A DNA stretch of 64,000 nt from Lingula anatina. Its lineage: Eukaryota; Animalia; Brachiopoda. How positions within the stretch are numbered: position 1 is the first letter of the stretch; each line of letters starts with the position of its first letter. Of this stretch, positions 46,601 through 59,687 are shown one piece after another. Where the stretch lies: positions 71,712,788-71,776,787 of the forward strand of contig CM120640.1 of the NCBI GenBank assembly GCA_051362555.1, read 5' to 3'. A program made the translations under genes and the position numbers. The notes beneath the pieces are model-generated. The model made no database searches. It saw nothing but the letters and a program-made list of their open reading frames with translations, and was not told where the DNA came from.

Positions 46601-49600
46601 ATGTAGTATACATGCAGAACAACCCACAGTGCCAAACACTGGGGGCTCTTCACACACTGTATTATGTAGTATACATGCTGAACAACCCATAGTGCCAAAC
46701 ACTGGGGGCTCCTCACACACTGTATTCTGTAGTATACATACTGAACAACCCACAGTGCCAAACACTGGGGGCTCCTCACACACTGTATTATGTAGTATAC
46801 ATACTGAACAACCCACAGTGCCAAACACTGGGGGCTCTTCACACACTGTATTATGTAGTATACATACTGAACAACCCACAGTGCCAAACACTGGGGGCTC
46901 TTCACACACTGTATTCTGTGGTATACATACTGAACAACCCACAGTGCCAAACACTGGGGGTTCCTCACACACTGTCTTCTGTGGTATACATACTGAACAA
47001 CCCACTGTGCCAAACACTGGGGGCTCCTCACACACTGTATTATGTAGTATACATACTGAACAACCCACAGTGCCAAACACTGGGGGCTCCTCACACACTG
47101 TATTATGTAGTATACATACTGAACAACCCACAGTGCCAAACACTGGGGGCTCCTCACACACTGTATTATGTAGTATACATACTGAACAACCCACAGTGCC
47201 AAACACTGGGGGCTCCTCACACACTGTATTATGTAGTATACATACTGAACAACCCACAGTGCCAAACACTGGGGGCTCTTCACACACTGTATTATGTAGT
47301 ATACATACTGAACAACCCACAGTGCCAAACACTGGGGGCTCTTCACACACTGTATTCTGTGGTATACATACTGAACAACCCACAGTGCCAAACACTGGGG
47401 GTTCCTCACACACTGTCTTCTGTGGTATACATACTGAACAACCCACAGTGCCAAACACTGGGGGTTCCTCACACACTGTCTTCTGTGGTATACATACTGA
47501 ACAACCCACAGTGCCAAACACTGGGGGCTCCTCACACACTGTATTATGTAGTATACATACTGAACAACCCACAGTGCCAAACACTGGGGGCTCCTCACAC
47601 ACTGTATTATGTAGTATACATACTGAACAACCCACAGTGCCAAACACTGGGGGCTCTTCACACACTGTATTATGTAGTATACATACTGAACAACCCACAG
47701 TGCCAAACACTGGGGGCTCTTCACACACTGTATTATGTAGTATACATGCTGAACAACCCACAGTGCCAAACACTGGGGGTTCCTCACACACTGTCTTCTG
47801 TGGTATACATACTGAACAACCCACAGTGCCAAACACTGGGGGTTCCTCACACACTGTCTTCTGTGGTATACATACTGAACAACCCACAGTGCCAAACACT
47901 GGGGGCTCCTCACACACTGTATTATGTAGTATACATACTGAACAACCCACAGTGCCAAACACTGGGGGCTCCTCACACACTGTATTCTGTGGTATACATA
48001 CTGAACAACCCACAGTGCCAAACATTGGGGGTTCCTCACACACTGTATTATGTAGTATACATACTGAACAACCCACAGTGCCAAACACTGGGGGCTCCTC
48101 ACACACTGTATTATGTAGTATACATACTGAACAACCCACAGTGCCAAACACTGGGGGCTCCTCACACACTGTCTCCTGTGTGTCCCAGTGTTCTGGTTCT
48201 GGCCAGGGAATGCTGAGGTTCAGGTTCTCTTTGTCACAGCCAGGACTATGCCGAGAAAGATTAATTTGCTCCTTTAAAACTCCTCTGAAACATTAGCAAA
48301 ATCAGCTTAATCTGAACAACCAAAAATTACCTGTCATTTTTTAAATGTTTTCCAGCAGACAAAAATTTTGATAGTGATAGAATGTAACAGATAATAGCAG
48401 TCTAGCCATTTCCAATATCTCATGTTCTTGCTTACCCCATACAATGAAAGGTCTGCTTGATATTATGATGAATGCCTTGACAGTACAAACATCACAGAAG
48501 ACTTACCTCACAGCATGAACCATCAGGAAAAAATAAAAGACCAAATAGAAGCGATGTGTGTACCAAAAGAGATCATAATTGTTGGTTCTAAAACAAAAAC
48601 AAGAAAATGTGTGCTATAATAATAACGAAAATAACGGATTTGCTTTTAATTTGGAAAGTAGCAACACCCTAAAATTCTGAAAACATTTGAAACGTTAATG
48701 AAAATTCAAATATGGACTATCAGCTATAGAGATAAATGAGTCAACACCACTCTCCATTTAATACCACTCACCATCAACACCACTTACTAGTCAACACACT
48801 CACTAGTCAACACCACTCACCTGACAACACCACTCACCAGTCAACACCACTCACCAGTTAACACCACACATCAGTTAACACCACTCACTAGTCAACACCA
48901 CACATCAGTTAACACCACTCACCAGTCAACACCACACATCAGTTAACACCACACATCAGTCAACACCACTCACCAGTCAACACCACTCACCAGTTAACAC
49001 CACTCACCAGTCAACACCACACATCAGTTAACACCACTCACCAGTCAACACCACACATCAGTTAACATCACTCACCAGTCAACACCACACATCAGTTAAC
49101 ACCACTCACCAGTCAACACCACACATCAGTTAACATCACTCACCAGTCAACACCACACATCAGTTAACACCACTCACCAGTCAACACCACACATCAGTTA
49201 ACATCACTCACCAGTCAACACCACACATCAGTTAACATCACTCACCAGTCAACACCACACATCAGTTAACATCACTCACCAGTCAACACCACACATCAGT
49301 TAACACCACTCACCAGTCAACACCACACATCAGTTAACAGCACTCACCAGTCAACACCACACATCAGTTAACACCACTCACCAGTCAACACCACACATCA
49401 GTTAACATCACTCACCAGTCAACACCACACATCAGTTAACATCACTCACCAGTCAACACCACACATCAGTTAACACCACTCACCAGTCAACACCACACAT
49501 CAGTTAACATCACTCACCAGTCAACACCACACATCAGTTAACACCACTCACCAGTCAACACCACACATCAGTTAACACCACTCACCAGTCAACACCACAC

Positions 49601-50619
49601 ATCAGTTAACACCACTCAACAGTCAACACCACACATCAGTTAACATCACTCAACAGTCAACATCAGTTACCAGTTACCACCACTCACCAGTCAACATCAC
49701 TCACCAGTTAATTCCACTCACCAGTCAACACCACTCACCAGTCAACTACACTCACCAATTAACACCACTCAACAGTGGACATCAGTCACCAGTTAACACC
49801 ACTCAACAGTCAACACCATTCACCAGTCAAAACCACACATCAGTAAAAATCACTCAACATTCAACATCACTCATCAGTCAACATCACTCAGAATTCAACA
49901 TCACTCGTCAGTTAAAATCACTCAGAATTCAACATCACTCACCTGACAACACCACTCACCTGTCAACATCACTCACCTGACAACACCACTCACCAGTCAA
50001 CATTACTCACCAGTCAACATTACTCACCAGTCAACATCACTCACCAATTTACATCACTCAGAATTCAACATCAGTCACCAGTCAACATCACTCAAAATTC
50101 AACATCACTCACCAGTTTACATCAGTCACCAGTCAACATCACTCACCTGACAATACCACTCACCTGTCAACACCACTCACCTGACAACATAGAGAGATGT
50201 GGTTGCCATTGTACATAACACTAACATTAGCACCAAGCCAGTAATCCCTGGAACTGAAAAATAAAATGATATCACTTTATAAATGTGTCAAAACAGAGCT
50301 TTTATTTTGTTCAAAATGAAAGCAATTGTGTTTTATATCCACAAATTTAACATTATCTGTAACACATACCACCAAAATGTGCATTGCTGAGTGATTAAAT
50401 TTGTCAGCATGCTGGTACTTACCTGAGCCTGCAACAATATACAGTGGGTGTGCTGGTACTTACCTGAGCCTGCAACAATATACAATGGGTGTGCTGGTAC
50501 TTACCTGAGCCTGCAACAATATACAATGGGTCCTAAAATAAAAGAAAGCATGTCAGGTTTCAAGTTAACAAAAGATGAGCTGTTTTCTTTTGACACAATT
50601 ATGATTATGCAGAGATTAT

Positions 50620-50680
<61 letters not shown>

Positions 50681-53600
50681 CCTGGCCTTTGTAGCTAGCA
50701 CCATTAACATCCACATAATACGGATTGAAGTGTATGGAAAAATTGGCGGCGTTGAACAAATGTCCAATGAAATGTATGACTGAAATAGATCAATATTCAC
50801 TTAATAGCATTTTAAGGTTTATGCAACAGCATAGTTATTGATAATTAAGTTATTGATAATTAAGTCTGCTCTTTATACCCCCTCCAGACCATCTCATACA
50901 TGTAATCATAAGTTTAATGAAAAGAAACATTTTTAATTGTTCAAAAAACCTTCTCAAGTACAGCAACATCACTATCAAACATTTCACAAGTCTGGGAAAT
51001 TACCTGATGCTAGAACTATAGTTAACCCACACAGCATGTGGAAACCTTTGCAGTGATCCAGCAGCATACGGAAACTTCGTCTGGAGATCTGGAGAACACA
51101 GTGATATGGCAGACAAACATGGCATACAGCTGACAAATGACATATAATTATAAAGAATACGGACACTTCGTCTGGAGATCTGGAGAACACAGTGATATGG
51201 CAGACAAACATGGCTTACAGCTGACAAATGACATATAAAGAATGCAGACAGTACACCTGGAGATCTGAAGAACCGATGTAGAAGAACGAACTTGGCACAC
51301 CAGAACAGCTGACAAACTTCATTTATAAAGAATGTAATTTTGAAATATAAGACTGCAACAGGTGAAATATATAAGTTTTAAGCTGCTGCCTCACACAAGA
51401 TGACTTGTTGTATATTAGACACTTAAGAAAAGCTCATCAAAGAGACAAGGACACTACACACAGGAACTAATGCCAACACTTACCCTGGAAAACCTCATCA
51501 ACGAGACCAGCACTCTACACACAGGCAACAATACCAGCCCGCAGTTCAGGTTAAGCACTGCTGCAGTGCCTCGGGAAATACATAGAGTAGGCTGAAATAT
51601 CAACAAAATAGAGATTATTTCTAGTATCTGCCCCCCCCCCATCACATCACACTTCTGCTTAACTTTTAGCAACAACCAGCAGGTGATATTACATTACACT
51701 TAATAAATTGCAGACTCCTGTCAGACCACATACCTCTGACACACCTTACACACTACATTCTGTCACGCTACACTGTCACATCTAACACACTACATTCTGT
51801 TACACTACACTGTCACATCTAACACACTACATTCTGTCACGCTACTCTGTCACATCTAACACACTACATTCTGTTACACTACACTGTCACATCTAACACA
51901 CTACATTCTGTCACGCTACTCTGTCACATCTAACACACTACCCAGACAGCCTCAGTGATCTGGCCCACGTCTGGCCCAGATCTGGCAACGTCTGGCAATG
52001 TCTGGCAAAAGGTATGGTTGCCACATGTGGGCCAGATGTGGCAATGTCTGGGCCAGATCTGGCCCAGACATTGCCACATCTGGCCCAGTCCACATTTGCT
52101 CATATGGCCAGATGTCGGCCCAGATCTGGCAATATCTGGCAAATGTATGGCATGCCAGATGTGGCCCAGATATGGGCCAGATCATATTCAAATGGGCCAG
52201 ATTAGGGCCAGACATGGACCACATATGGCCCAGATTGTTTTTTTTATTATTTCACATTTGCTCATGTGGCCAGATCTGGCCCAGATCTGGCAATATCTGG
52301 CAAAGGTATGGCATGCCGGATGTGGGCCAGATTAGGGCCGGACATGGACCACATATGGCCCAGATTGTTTTTTTTTTTTTTTCTTTTTTTAATTATTTTT
52401 AATTATTCAATAAGATAACTATAAAAAAAGACATACAAGATTCAAGATTCAAGTATTTATTCTGTGCTAAAAGCCTAAACAAAATTATTACACATTATAT
52501 AACCTTGCTGGCAACTAACATGCAACAAATTAAGGGCCACTCCTTGTCTTTTTGTACAAAACAATTTGTATGTTTGAAAAAAAAAAAAAAAAAAAAAACC
52601 ACACTGCAAAAAGGCAAATATACAGACACTTAACAGGAGGAAATGTCACTTACATACATGTAAAGAAAACAGTTATAACAACAATTTTTTTTTCAACACA
52701 AAGCTGCTCATCGAATCTGAATTAACACAAATTACAAAAATTGTAATTAATTATGCATGTACATGGGGGGGGGGATTTGAGGGGGAAATATTTTTGCACA
52801 CCTCAACCTAAATAATATTATACATTGTCATTTTTAAACTAATTCAAACATATCATTAATAATAATAATCACTAATGAATATAGTTTTGTAATGAATAAA
52901 TCTTGAATAATGAATGAAAAAACATTCTTTTTTAGATGATGGAGAGTTATAACAAAATTATAAATAACCATGCAGTAACTGTTTCAATTCAACTTGCATG
53001 CTGGCTACAGTACTGTACATACATGTAAATTCTGAAAAAAAAATATGTATACTCCAGCACAGATATAGATGTACAATTAAAAGAGAATTACATGTGCACA
53101 AAAACAAACCCCAGTATCAATGCTTTTGAATTAAATCACATCACGAATCAAATCACTCAATGAATTGAACCAGTTTGCAATGCTTGCGCTTTTTTCAAAT
53201 CCATAACACTAAGAAATGATACACCCGCCTCCTTGACAAGCTTATAATTATTAAAGGAATCAACAATGGAACAAGTAACTCTACCAAGTTAACAAAAGTT
53301 CATTCAAATGTCAAGTCCAAACACAACATCCCTTCCTTTCTTGGAGAGAAACGGTCCTTTCAAAACATGTTAATTGACAGTTCAGTCTTTAAAATGTCTT
53401 TTCAAACATTTGCAGAATAGCATATGAACTCCAACTTTTATTCCTTAAACCACATTGAAAATTCTCAAAACTAATCAACTCATATCAAATCCCATGTCCT
53501 TTCACTACTACTGGTCTCTTCCTTTGCTTGCCTTTACGTCATATTCAAATGTTCCCTTCACTTTTAAAGGTTTCTCAGACGTGTACATGAATAATACTGT

Positions 53601-56600
53601 TTGTTTTCTGGTCCTCCACAAGAGCCACATTTATTTTTCTTGGATTTCAGCATTCTCCAGTCCATGTATTTTCATCAATGATATTACAATATGCACCTGA
53701 ATCTGGTAATACACTGAGATTAACACCTCCTCTATTTCCTCCATGTCTTCTGTGCATTGGTTCCCACACCAAATGTATATGCACTCCTGGATTTTCATGT
53801 TCAAAGCTGTCATTTACATGAATAATAGTTTCAGTTTTGCAGAGTTTTGCAAAGTGATCCAACGTTCCATGTTTTCTCAGTCAGGGAGTTTCTACTTCGT
53901 TTTTCATGTCTAAACTCGTAATGTTTAGACTGGCTTGGTTTGTCAAATGACTTCAGTTTCATCATACTCAGTTTCTGGTGTTCCAATTTCATTCAAAGCG
54001 TTAACTGTCTTATGTATATTCATGTTTCTAACCTGTGTTTGGGAGAGTCCTGAAAATATCTTGTAAGTTGTACACCTGTCCCTGCTGAATACAACATAAG
54101 CGCGCGTCTCCTTTGTCATGTATTTTTAATTTTCTATCTTTGTTCATTATTCATGCCGTTCGTTGGTTTTGAAAAGATCAATCTTTTTCCGTCAGCGAAA
54201 AGTTTAAACTGTCTAGCCATCGCGTCGAGCGTGACCCAATGTCTCCGGACTTCTGTACGGTTCGAATTCCGTAATTTCACATTTTTTCTCCATTTTTTTC
54301 AAAGAAACTTGACTCACAGTTTTGCACTAGTGTTTATCCTCGTCGCCAGTGTTGATGCCTTCGAAATAAATCGCACCACGAATCAAATCACTCAACGAAA
54401 TTGTATCAGTTTGATACGCTTGTGCTTTTTTCATATCCATAACTCTAAGAAACGCTACATCCGGGTCCTTGACCGGCTTAGCATAAAAAGCGGAATCTTA
54501 CAACAGCGGAACGAGTAGTCCAAAAAAGTTTTAGATCAGTGAATTCATTCAAATGTCAAGTCAAATTAAACAAATAGCACACTTATGAGGGGACTTTGAA
54601 GAAAAAAGAGAGAGATAAATTAAATCAAAATTTATCAAATGACGTCAGTTCAATGCATTCAGCTCACTGGTCAATAAAAAATAAATAAATAGAAAATAAA
54701 AATTGAAAATGAAAGTACCATATCTGGCCCAAGTCTGGGCAGCATCTGGCAAAATGTGGCGTAAATGCCAGACTTTGCCAGACTTGGCCCAGATCTGGCA
54801 AGTGTCTGGCAAAATGTGGCATAAATGCCAGACTTTGCCAGACTTGGCCCAGATCTGGCAAGTGTCTGGCAAAATCTGGCCCAGATATTGCCAGACGTTG
54901 CCAGATCTGGGCCAGACGTGGGCCAGATTATTGAGGCTGTCTGGGTACTTTCTGTTACACTACACTGTCACATCTAACACACTACATTCTGTTACACTAC
55001 ACTGTCACATCTAACACACTACATTCTGTTACACTACACTGTCACATCTAACACACTACATTCTGTCACGCTACTCTGTCACATCTAACACACTACATTC
55101 TGTCACGCTACTCTGTCACATCTAACACACTACTTTCTGTCACGCTACACTGTCACATCTAACACACTACATTCTGTCACGCTACTCTGTCACATCTAAC
55201 ACACTACTTTCTGTCACGCTACACTGTCACATCTAACACACTGCATTCTGTCACACTACCCTGTCACATCTAACCTAACACAAAATTCTGTTATACTGCA
55301 CTGTCACATAGAACAAAATACAGTCATAATTCTGTCACACAACACTGTTACATCTAACACACAATATTATGTCACATTACACTGTCATATCTTACACAAT
55401 ACATTGATGATTCTGTCACACCATAATGTCATATCTAACACGATATTTTTTGTCACACTAAACTCTGTCAAGCTCGACATATGTTGCATCTAACACACTA
55501 CATTCTGTTACACTTAAATCTCTTCCCTGTCGCACCTAGCATGACATGCCCTCTCTGCTACATCTAACACAAAGACACCCCATCACAACTTGCACCAAGC
55601 TCACAACTCTGCCAAACCCTCCAGTCAGCGAGAAAAGCTCACTGTAAATTAACCGTGTAGAGAATAAGCACAATCCACAATCGTCACAACTAATGCAATT
55701 GAAGGCCTCTCATACTCTTGATCAAACTAAAGTATATCGCCTCGAGTCCAAGAATGGACTAAGTACTGAGGTGAGTGATCAGAGATGAGGAATGGAGCTA
55801 GGCCATTCCCAGAACTCCTATCCATCCTTCCGGTGTAGCCACAGGTGTGCCGGTGTGACGAAACTGAGGGTCCGTGTTACAGAAGGTCCGCCCTCCACTT
55901 AGTTATAATGGTTAGGGTTAGCCTGACCTAAGGGGGTCAAAATCTAGGGCGAGGCTTACCTGTAACAAATGAAAGGGAAGCGGACTCTCTTCTATCACGT
56001 TACACCGGCCGAGATACTCACCCCTAAGATCTGGTGAACATAGTAATATTTGGGAGCATACTTCCAATGCCTGTACGTCGAAGTGAAGACTACTGCGTTC
56101 AGGACTATCCATAGGACCTGAAATGAAACGAAAATAGAAGTGTGTATAGCAACCAAAACTTAAACGGAATTTAGCTGACTTACAAAGGCAGTAAAGAAAA
56201 CAGCTCGGTTTCTTGAGTTTCTTTAAATATTTGTCCGTACCACTGAAACTGTCACTCACCGTCTCTTTAGACTTGTACGTCTAGATATGCACCTTATTTA
56301 TTTATTTATTATCTTATGTAAACAATTCATCATATATCCAATCGAAATAAGGTCTGATGAAATTAACTGTTTTAAATAAGAACGTCTCAAAGATTCCGTG
56401 CCATTTAAATATATGTTGGCATTTTCCTAACAAACGTCGAGCTTTCGCACACCACTCATCAACACACCTGATATTACACACCTGACATGGATGAATTATT
56501 ATCTGGAGGTTCTGATCCAAATGATGTGGGTTTTGTTGGAAAGTATGCCATTTCTGAGTACACTGTATTATACAGAGTGGCCATAGAGTAGGTTATATTT

Positions 56601-57956
56601 ACAGGGTGTTGATGGAGTGGGTAGTATGTCACAGTGTAACTGTAATTTTATGTTAGAGTGTGTCGTATGTTTGGCAGGGTAGTCCTGCATAACAATCTAT
56701 CGTAGAGTACAGGAACTGTTCTGCTCACTATAGTTTTTCAGGGTGTTTTCCTTTGTTAACAAAGGTTCGTGACCTGGTTCACACTGCTTTATGGGGCCAT
56801 TCAGTTTCAGCAAGCCGCAGACAGCTGCAGTAAGTGCTATCAGCGACCAGGTTTTTGTCCCTATAAGACCGCCTGCATTCCACACTAAGAACTAGCGGTC
56901 TACAGACTGAACGACTTTAAATTTAAGGTCTATATCAAAGCCTGATGGGTAGTTTTAGGTAGCAGAAACGTTAAACATAAAATATATTATCTAAAAATGT
57001 GATGATTGTCCATAATGAAATATAAAAGAAAATGCACTAACAAAAATGAAATATTTACATATATATAAATAAATAAATATAAAAAGAACAAAAAAAGATG
57101 TCGATCCTCATATTTTAACTTGAAAGCTTCAATTCTACCAAATTCTACAATATCAAAGTAACCGTAAACGGTATATGTGGAGAGAAATAATACAATGACA
57201 GGCGATTACCGATCAGTAGTAAGTTGTAAATTAAAATGCTCTTAAAATATTCAATTTCAGACAGCTCATAACCCCACTTGGCGTGAGCTGCGTGTGCCTT
57301 CTTTGAATTTTTACTTCGAGTGGGCCTAAATGTTAAACAAAGGCATTCATTTAATCATTTAAAACGGATGTTCTTCATTAGCGAAATAATTACTGCCTGA
57401 TCATAGGCTCTCTGCACGACAAAAAAGATTATTGAAGAAAAAAAACGTGTGACTTCTTTTATATTTGTGACATACCATACCACCGCCAAGTACTTTGCAA
57501 TGTTAACATGACGTACCACCACCAAGTACTTAACATTATTAACATGACATACCACCAAGTACTTTGGGGTGTTAACATGACGCACCACCACCAAGTACTT
57601 CACAGTGTTAACATAACAAACCACCACCAAGTACTTTGCAGTGTTAACATGACGTACCACCACCAATTACTTTGGAGTGTTAACATGACGCACCACCACC
57701 AAGTACTTTGCTACCCTCTACCAGGGCGGCAGATATTCTAGGCACATTTTCCACCAGCCACAGTTAGAAGATTGACGATATGTCATATCTGTGAATATGT
57801 AGTGAAAAATCAATCTGTGGTCCTGGTATAGAGGGAAGTACTTTCCAGGGTTAATTTTCCTACCACTGCCAAGTACTTTGCAGTGTTAGCTTGACTTACC
57901 ACCACCGAGTATCGTAAGCCACTGTTTCTCAGAAACCCTCTTAACCATCTCCACAT
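35939..57956 (-). CDS. NOX4: NADPH oxidase 4 (~563 aa), 18 exons: 57956-57900,56117-56022,51591-51484,51088-51004,50779-50682,50532-50505,50253-50181,48587-48507,48284-48128,46192-46028,45368-45306,45068-45008,39504-39417,38946-38824,38552-38441,38050-37973,37654-37554,36056-35939
   Basis: SRGTAAVLNLNCGLVLLPVCR, heme His pairs FHMLC...IHFIGH and YTHRF...MVHA, E-loop RHSPGC...VCEEP, FAD motif EWHPFT, IEGPYGSP, GGIGVTPF, IYFIWMCKD, GVFCCGP, C-terminal ESF; no EF-hands; exon sum 1692 nt in frame. Confidence 0.93.
36190..37525. repeat. Degenerate 23-26-bp satellite filling the last NOX4 intron
   Basis: ctcctgtcacacctaacacactg core repeated dozens of times. Confidence 0.9.
38900..39140 (-). repeat. 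83-bp tandem repeat x3: NOX4 exon-14 acceptor + exon start
   Basis: tgttgtag|ACTTGTGATAGAGGGTCC at 38946,39029,39112. Confidence 0.92.
40318..41052. mobile_element. CMC/EnSpm-like non-autonomous DNA transposon
   Basis: TA|CCCAGCAGGCA...TGCCTGCTGGG|TA; subterminal caacgttg-type repeats at both ends. Confidence 0.75.
41092..44580. repeat. 44-bp satellite, ~79 copies, in NOX4 intron 12
   Basis: gcatctgtacttattatatatttactcaccattttagcacaccaca with ctcacc/ctcact/ctaact variants. Confidence 0.97.
44742..45014 (-). repeat. ~54-bp degenerate repeat, ~5 copies, seeded from the NOX4 exon-12 donor
   Basis: TGGTCAG|gtaggtaaagtgac at 45008 recurs (plus-strand ctacctgacca) at ~44742, 44844, 44950. Confidence 0.85.
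45720..45951. mobile_element. Palindromic (foldback) MITE with possible TTA target duplication
   Basis: tta|gacccc...ctagatc...gccttagctta...cttagat...ctgaagctg mirrored by cagcttcag...atctaag...taagctaaaggc...gatcta...gggtc|tta. Confidence 0.65.
46330..48172 (-). repeat. 63-bp tandem repeat, 29 copies: last ~45 nt of NOX4 exon 9 + donor + intron start
   Basis: GGTTGTTCA|gtatgt at 48128 and every 63 bp down to 46364; open in the exon frame (ORF track 46328..48169). Confidence 0.97.
48740..50190 (-). repeat. 17-bp (34-bp dimer) satellite derived from the NOX4 exon-7 donor
   Basis: Real donor TTGTCAG|gtgagtggtg at 50181; units read ttgactggtgagtggtg alternating with ttaactgatgtgtggtg. Confidence 0.9.
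50408..50531 (-). repeat. 41-bp repeat x3 covering nearly the whole 28-nt NOX4 exon 6 plus its donor
   Basis: plus-strand gctggtacttacctgagcctgcaacaatatac at 50411,50452,50493. Confidence 0.92.
51066..51270 (-). repeat. 91-bp duplication of the NOX4 exon-4 acceptor (third copy decayed)
   Basis: gtgttctccag|ATCTCCAGACGAAGT at 51088 and 51179. Confidence 0.85.
51745..55510. repeat. 39-bp satellite in NOX4 intron 2, split by a transposon
   Basis: ctacattctgtcacgctacactgtcacatctaacaca-type units at 51745-51940 and 54946-55510. Confidence 0.88.
51941..54945. mobile_element. 3.0-kb CMC/EnSpm (CACTA-group)-like non-autonomous DNA transposon
   Basis: TA|CCCAGACAGCCTCA...TGAGGCTGTCTGGG|TA; long TIR plus 11-bp-period subterminal repeats (tctggcccaga / tctggcaa); removing the element and one TA restores the satellite unit; no transposase ORF visible. 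Confidence 0.85.
57468..57912 (-). repeat. 36-bp degenerate repeat related to the NOX4 exon-1 donor
   Basis: plus-strand gacgtaccaccaccaagtactttgcagtgttaacat units resemble the junction aagtactttgcagtgttagcttgacttaccaccaccgagta at 57871-57911. Confidence 0.75.
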
Positions 57957-58099
57957 ATTCATATGAGTTCTTCCACTTTTCTCTCTTTCTCTCAGTTCTC
58001 TTTTGTCTTCACTTTGTTCTTCGTCTTTTGACGTTTTTTCAGTTCTTTAATCTCTTCTGTGATTAATTTCCTATCTATCTGTCACTCGTGTTTTATTTC

Positions 58100-58770
58100 C
58101 CATTCCCGTTATCTACAAGTGATTACCACTGTGTTATATTCTCCACCCCCGTTTGCAACAAGTGACTGCGTCTGTGTTATATTTCCCGTCAACGTCACTT
58201 CAAGTGACTACCTTAAGGTTATATTTCCTGTCCCCGTTATCTACAAGTGACTGCGTCTGTATTATATTTCCCGCCAACGTCACTTCAAGTGACTACCTTA
58301 AGGTTATATTTCCTGTCACCGTTTCTACAAGTGACTGCGTCTGGGTTATATTTCCCGTCGACGTCACATCGAATTGCTAATTCTGGTTATAATACCCGTC
58401 CCCTCATCTTCTCACGACCTCTTCTGTGTTTTATTACCCATCCACGGAATCATCCACGGAATTTTGTACCTTTGATTTATATTTCACATCTACGGAATCA
58501 AGAAAAGGACTTTCTCTGATTTATATTTCACATCCACGGAATCGGGCAAATGACTGACTCTGTGTTGTATTACCCATCCACTGAATCAGACAACTGCATC
58601 TGATTTATATTTCACATCCACGGAATAAAGCAAATGACTGCCTTTGTGTAATATGTCCTTCCAAACGCCACTTCAAGTGACTACTTCTGGGTAATAATCC
58701 ACATCCACGGTCATCTACTAATGACTACCCATGGGTAATATTTCTCGTCCATGAATTCTACGTGTGACTC
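58100..58770. repeat. Degenerate tandem repeats upstream of the NOX4 start
   Basis: caagtgactgcgtctgtgttatatttcc and catccacggaat units. Confidence 0.7.
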
Positions 58771-59650
58771 CTTTGCCACGTTTCCTGTTAATAACATCCA
58801 TAATTAAATAATTGCGTGTAATTACGTCTACCTCCAGTGCAGTGGCAAGTTCCTCTTTCTGTCCGCGTGCTCTTTACAGCAAAGACCAATCTTACCGTTA
58901 ATTTTGATAAGTTAAATTGGTTCTTGGCTTCTTCGTGACAGTTCCCAGGTATACCCACGCTGCTGTTCATGTGTACCAGTAGGATAGAGCTGCTTCAGTT
59001 CACCTTAATGCTGCGTGCAAGTTCGGCATCTCATTCATCCTACGAGCAGCTATAAATCAAGCCAATATTAACCCTCAAGAAGCCTGGAGTCTTCATTAGG
59101 GTTAAACTAGAATGAATGAAGCTCTCGTGATTGGAGAACTCATAGCCAGTTGGTCCAGAAAACGCACCAAGGATGCCTGAAAAACGGTTTAAATGTACCT
59201 AGCATTATGTAGTAGGACGGCAATTTCGAGAGCTAGTTCTTTGTCCCTTTTTGAAGCCCGTATAAAATACACGGTACTGTGCAAGTGAAACAGAATCCCT
59301 CCGCTCAGTGTGAAATGTGAAACATTTGGTTAATAGCTTCAAAGTCCCTGATTATCTTTCAACCAGTCCTCATAACGTGCTAACTTTTCCGTTCCATGGA
59401 CCCCGCTCACAATTATTTTTTTGGTTCTGAACTTGCAATGAACATCTGTTTAAAACCTGTAGGGTGAAGCTCTGAACGCCGGAAAGCAATCAAAATATCG
59501 CTGCGTCTAATTTCCGCCCACGCTGTGAACTAAGGCAACCTAATCAGCTGTGAGAAGAAAGTCCCCTTTTTGTGTACTTAGCGAGAGAAGAACAATGGCT
59601 GCTGTGTCCTGTCACTCCGTCTGACTCACAGACTGTTGTGGCTGCCTCGG

Positions 59651-59687
<37 letters not shown>

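Noticed and set aside
41092-48172. Regular 44-bp and 63-bp arrays as CRISPR arrays
   Set aside because: No unique spacers, no cas genes, and the context is eukaryotic introns
46246-48296. Long ORFs of 432-677 aa on both strands as stand-alone genes
   Set aside because: They arise from a 63-bp unit lacking stops in several frames; only the frame continuous with NOX4 exon 9 is potentially meaningful
51930-52402. Trp/Gln-rich ORFs in the transposon arms as a transposase
   Set aside because: Translations of 11-bp subterminal repeats; no DDE-type motifs
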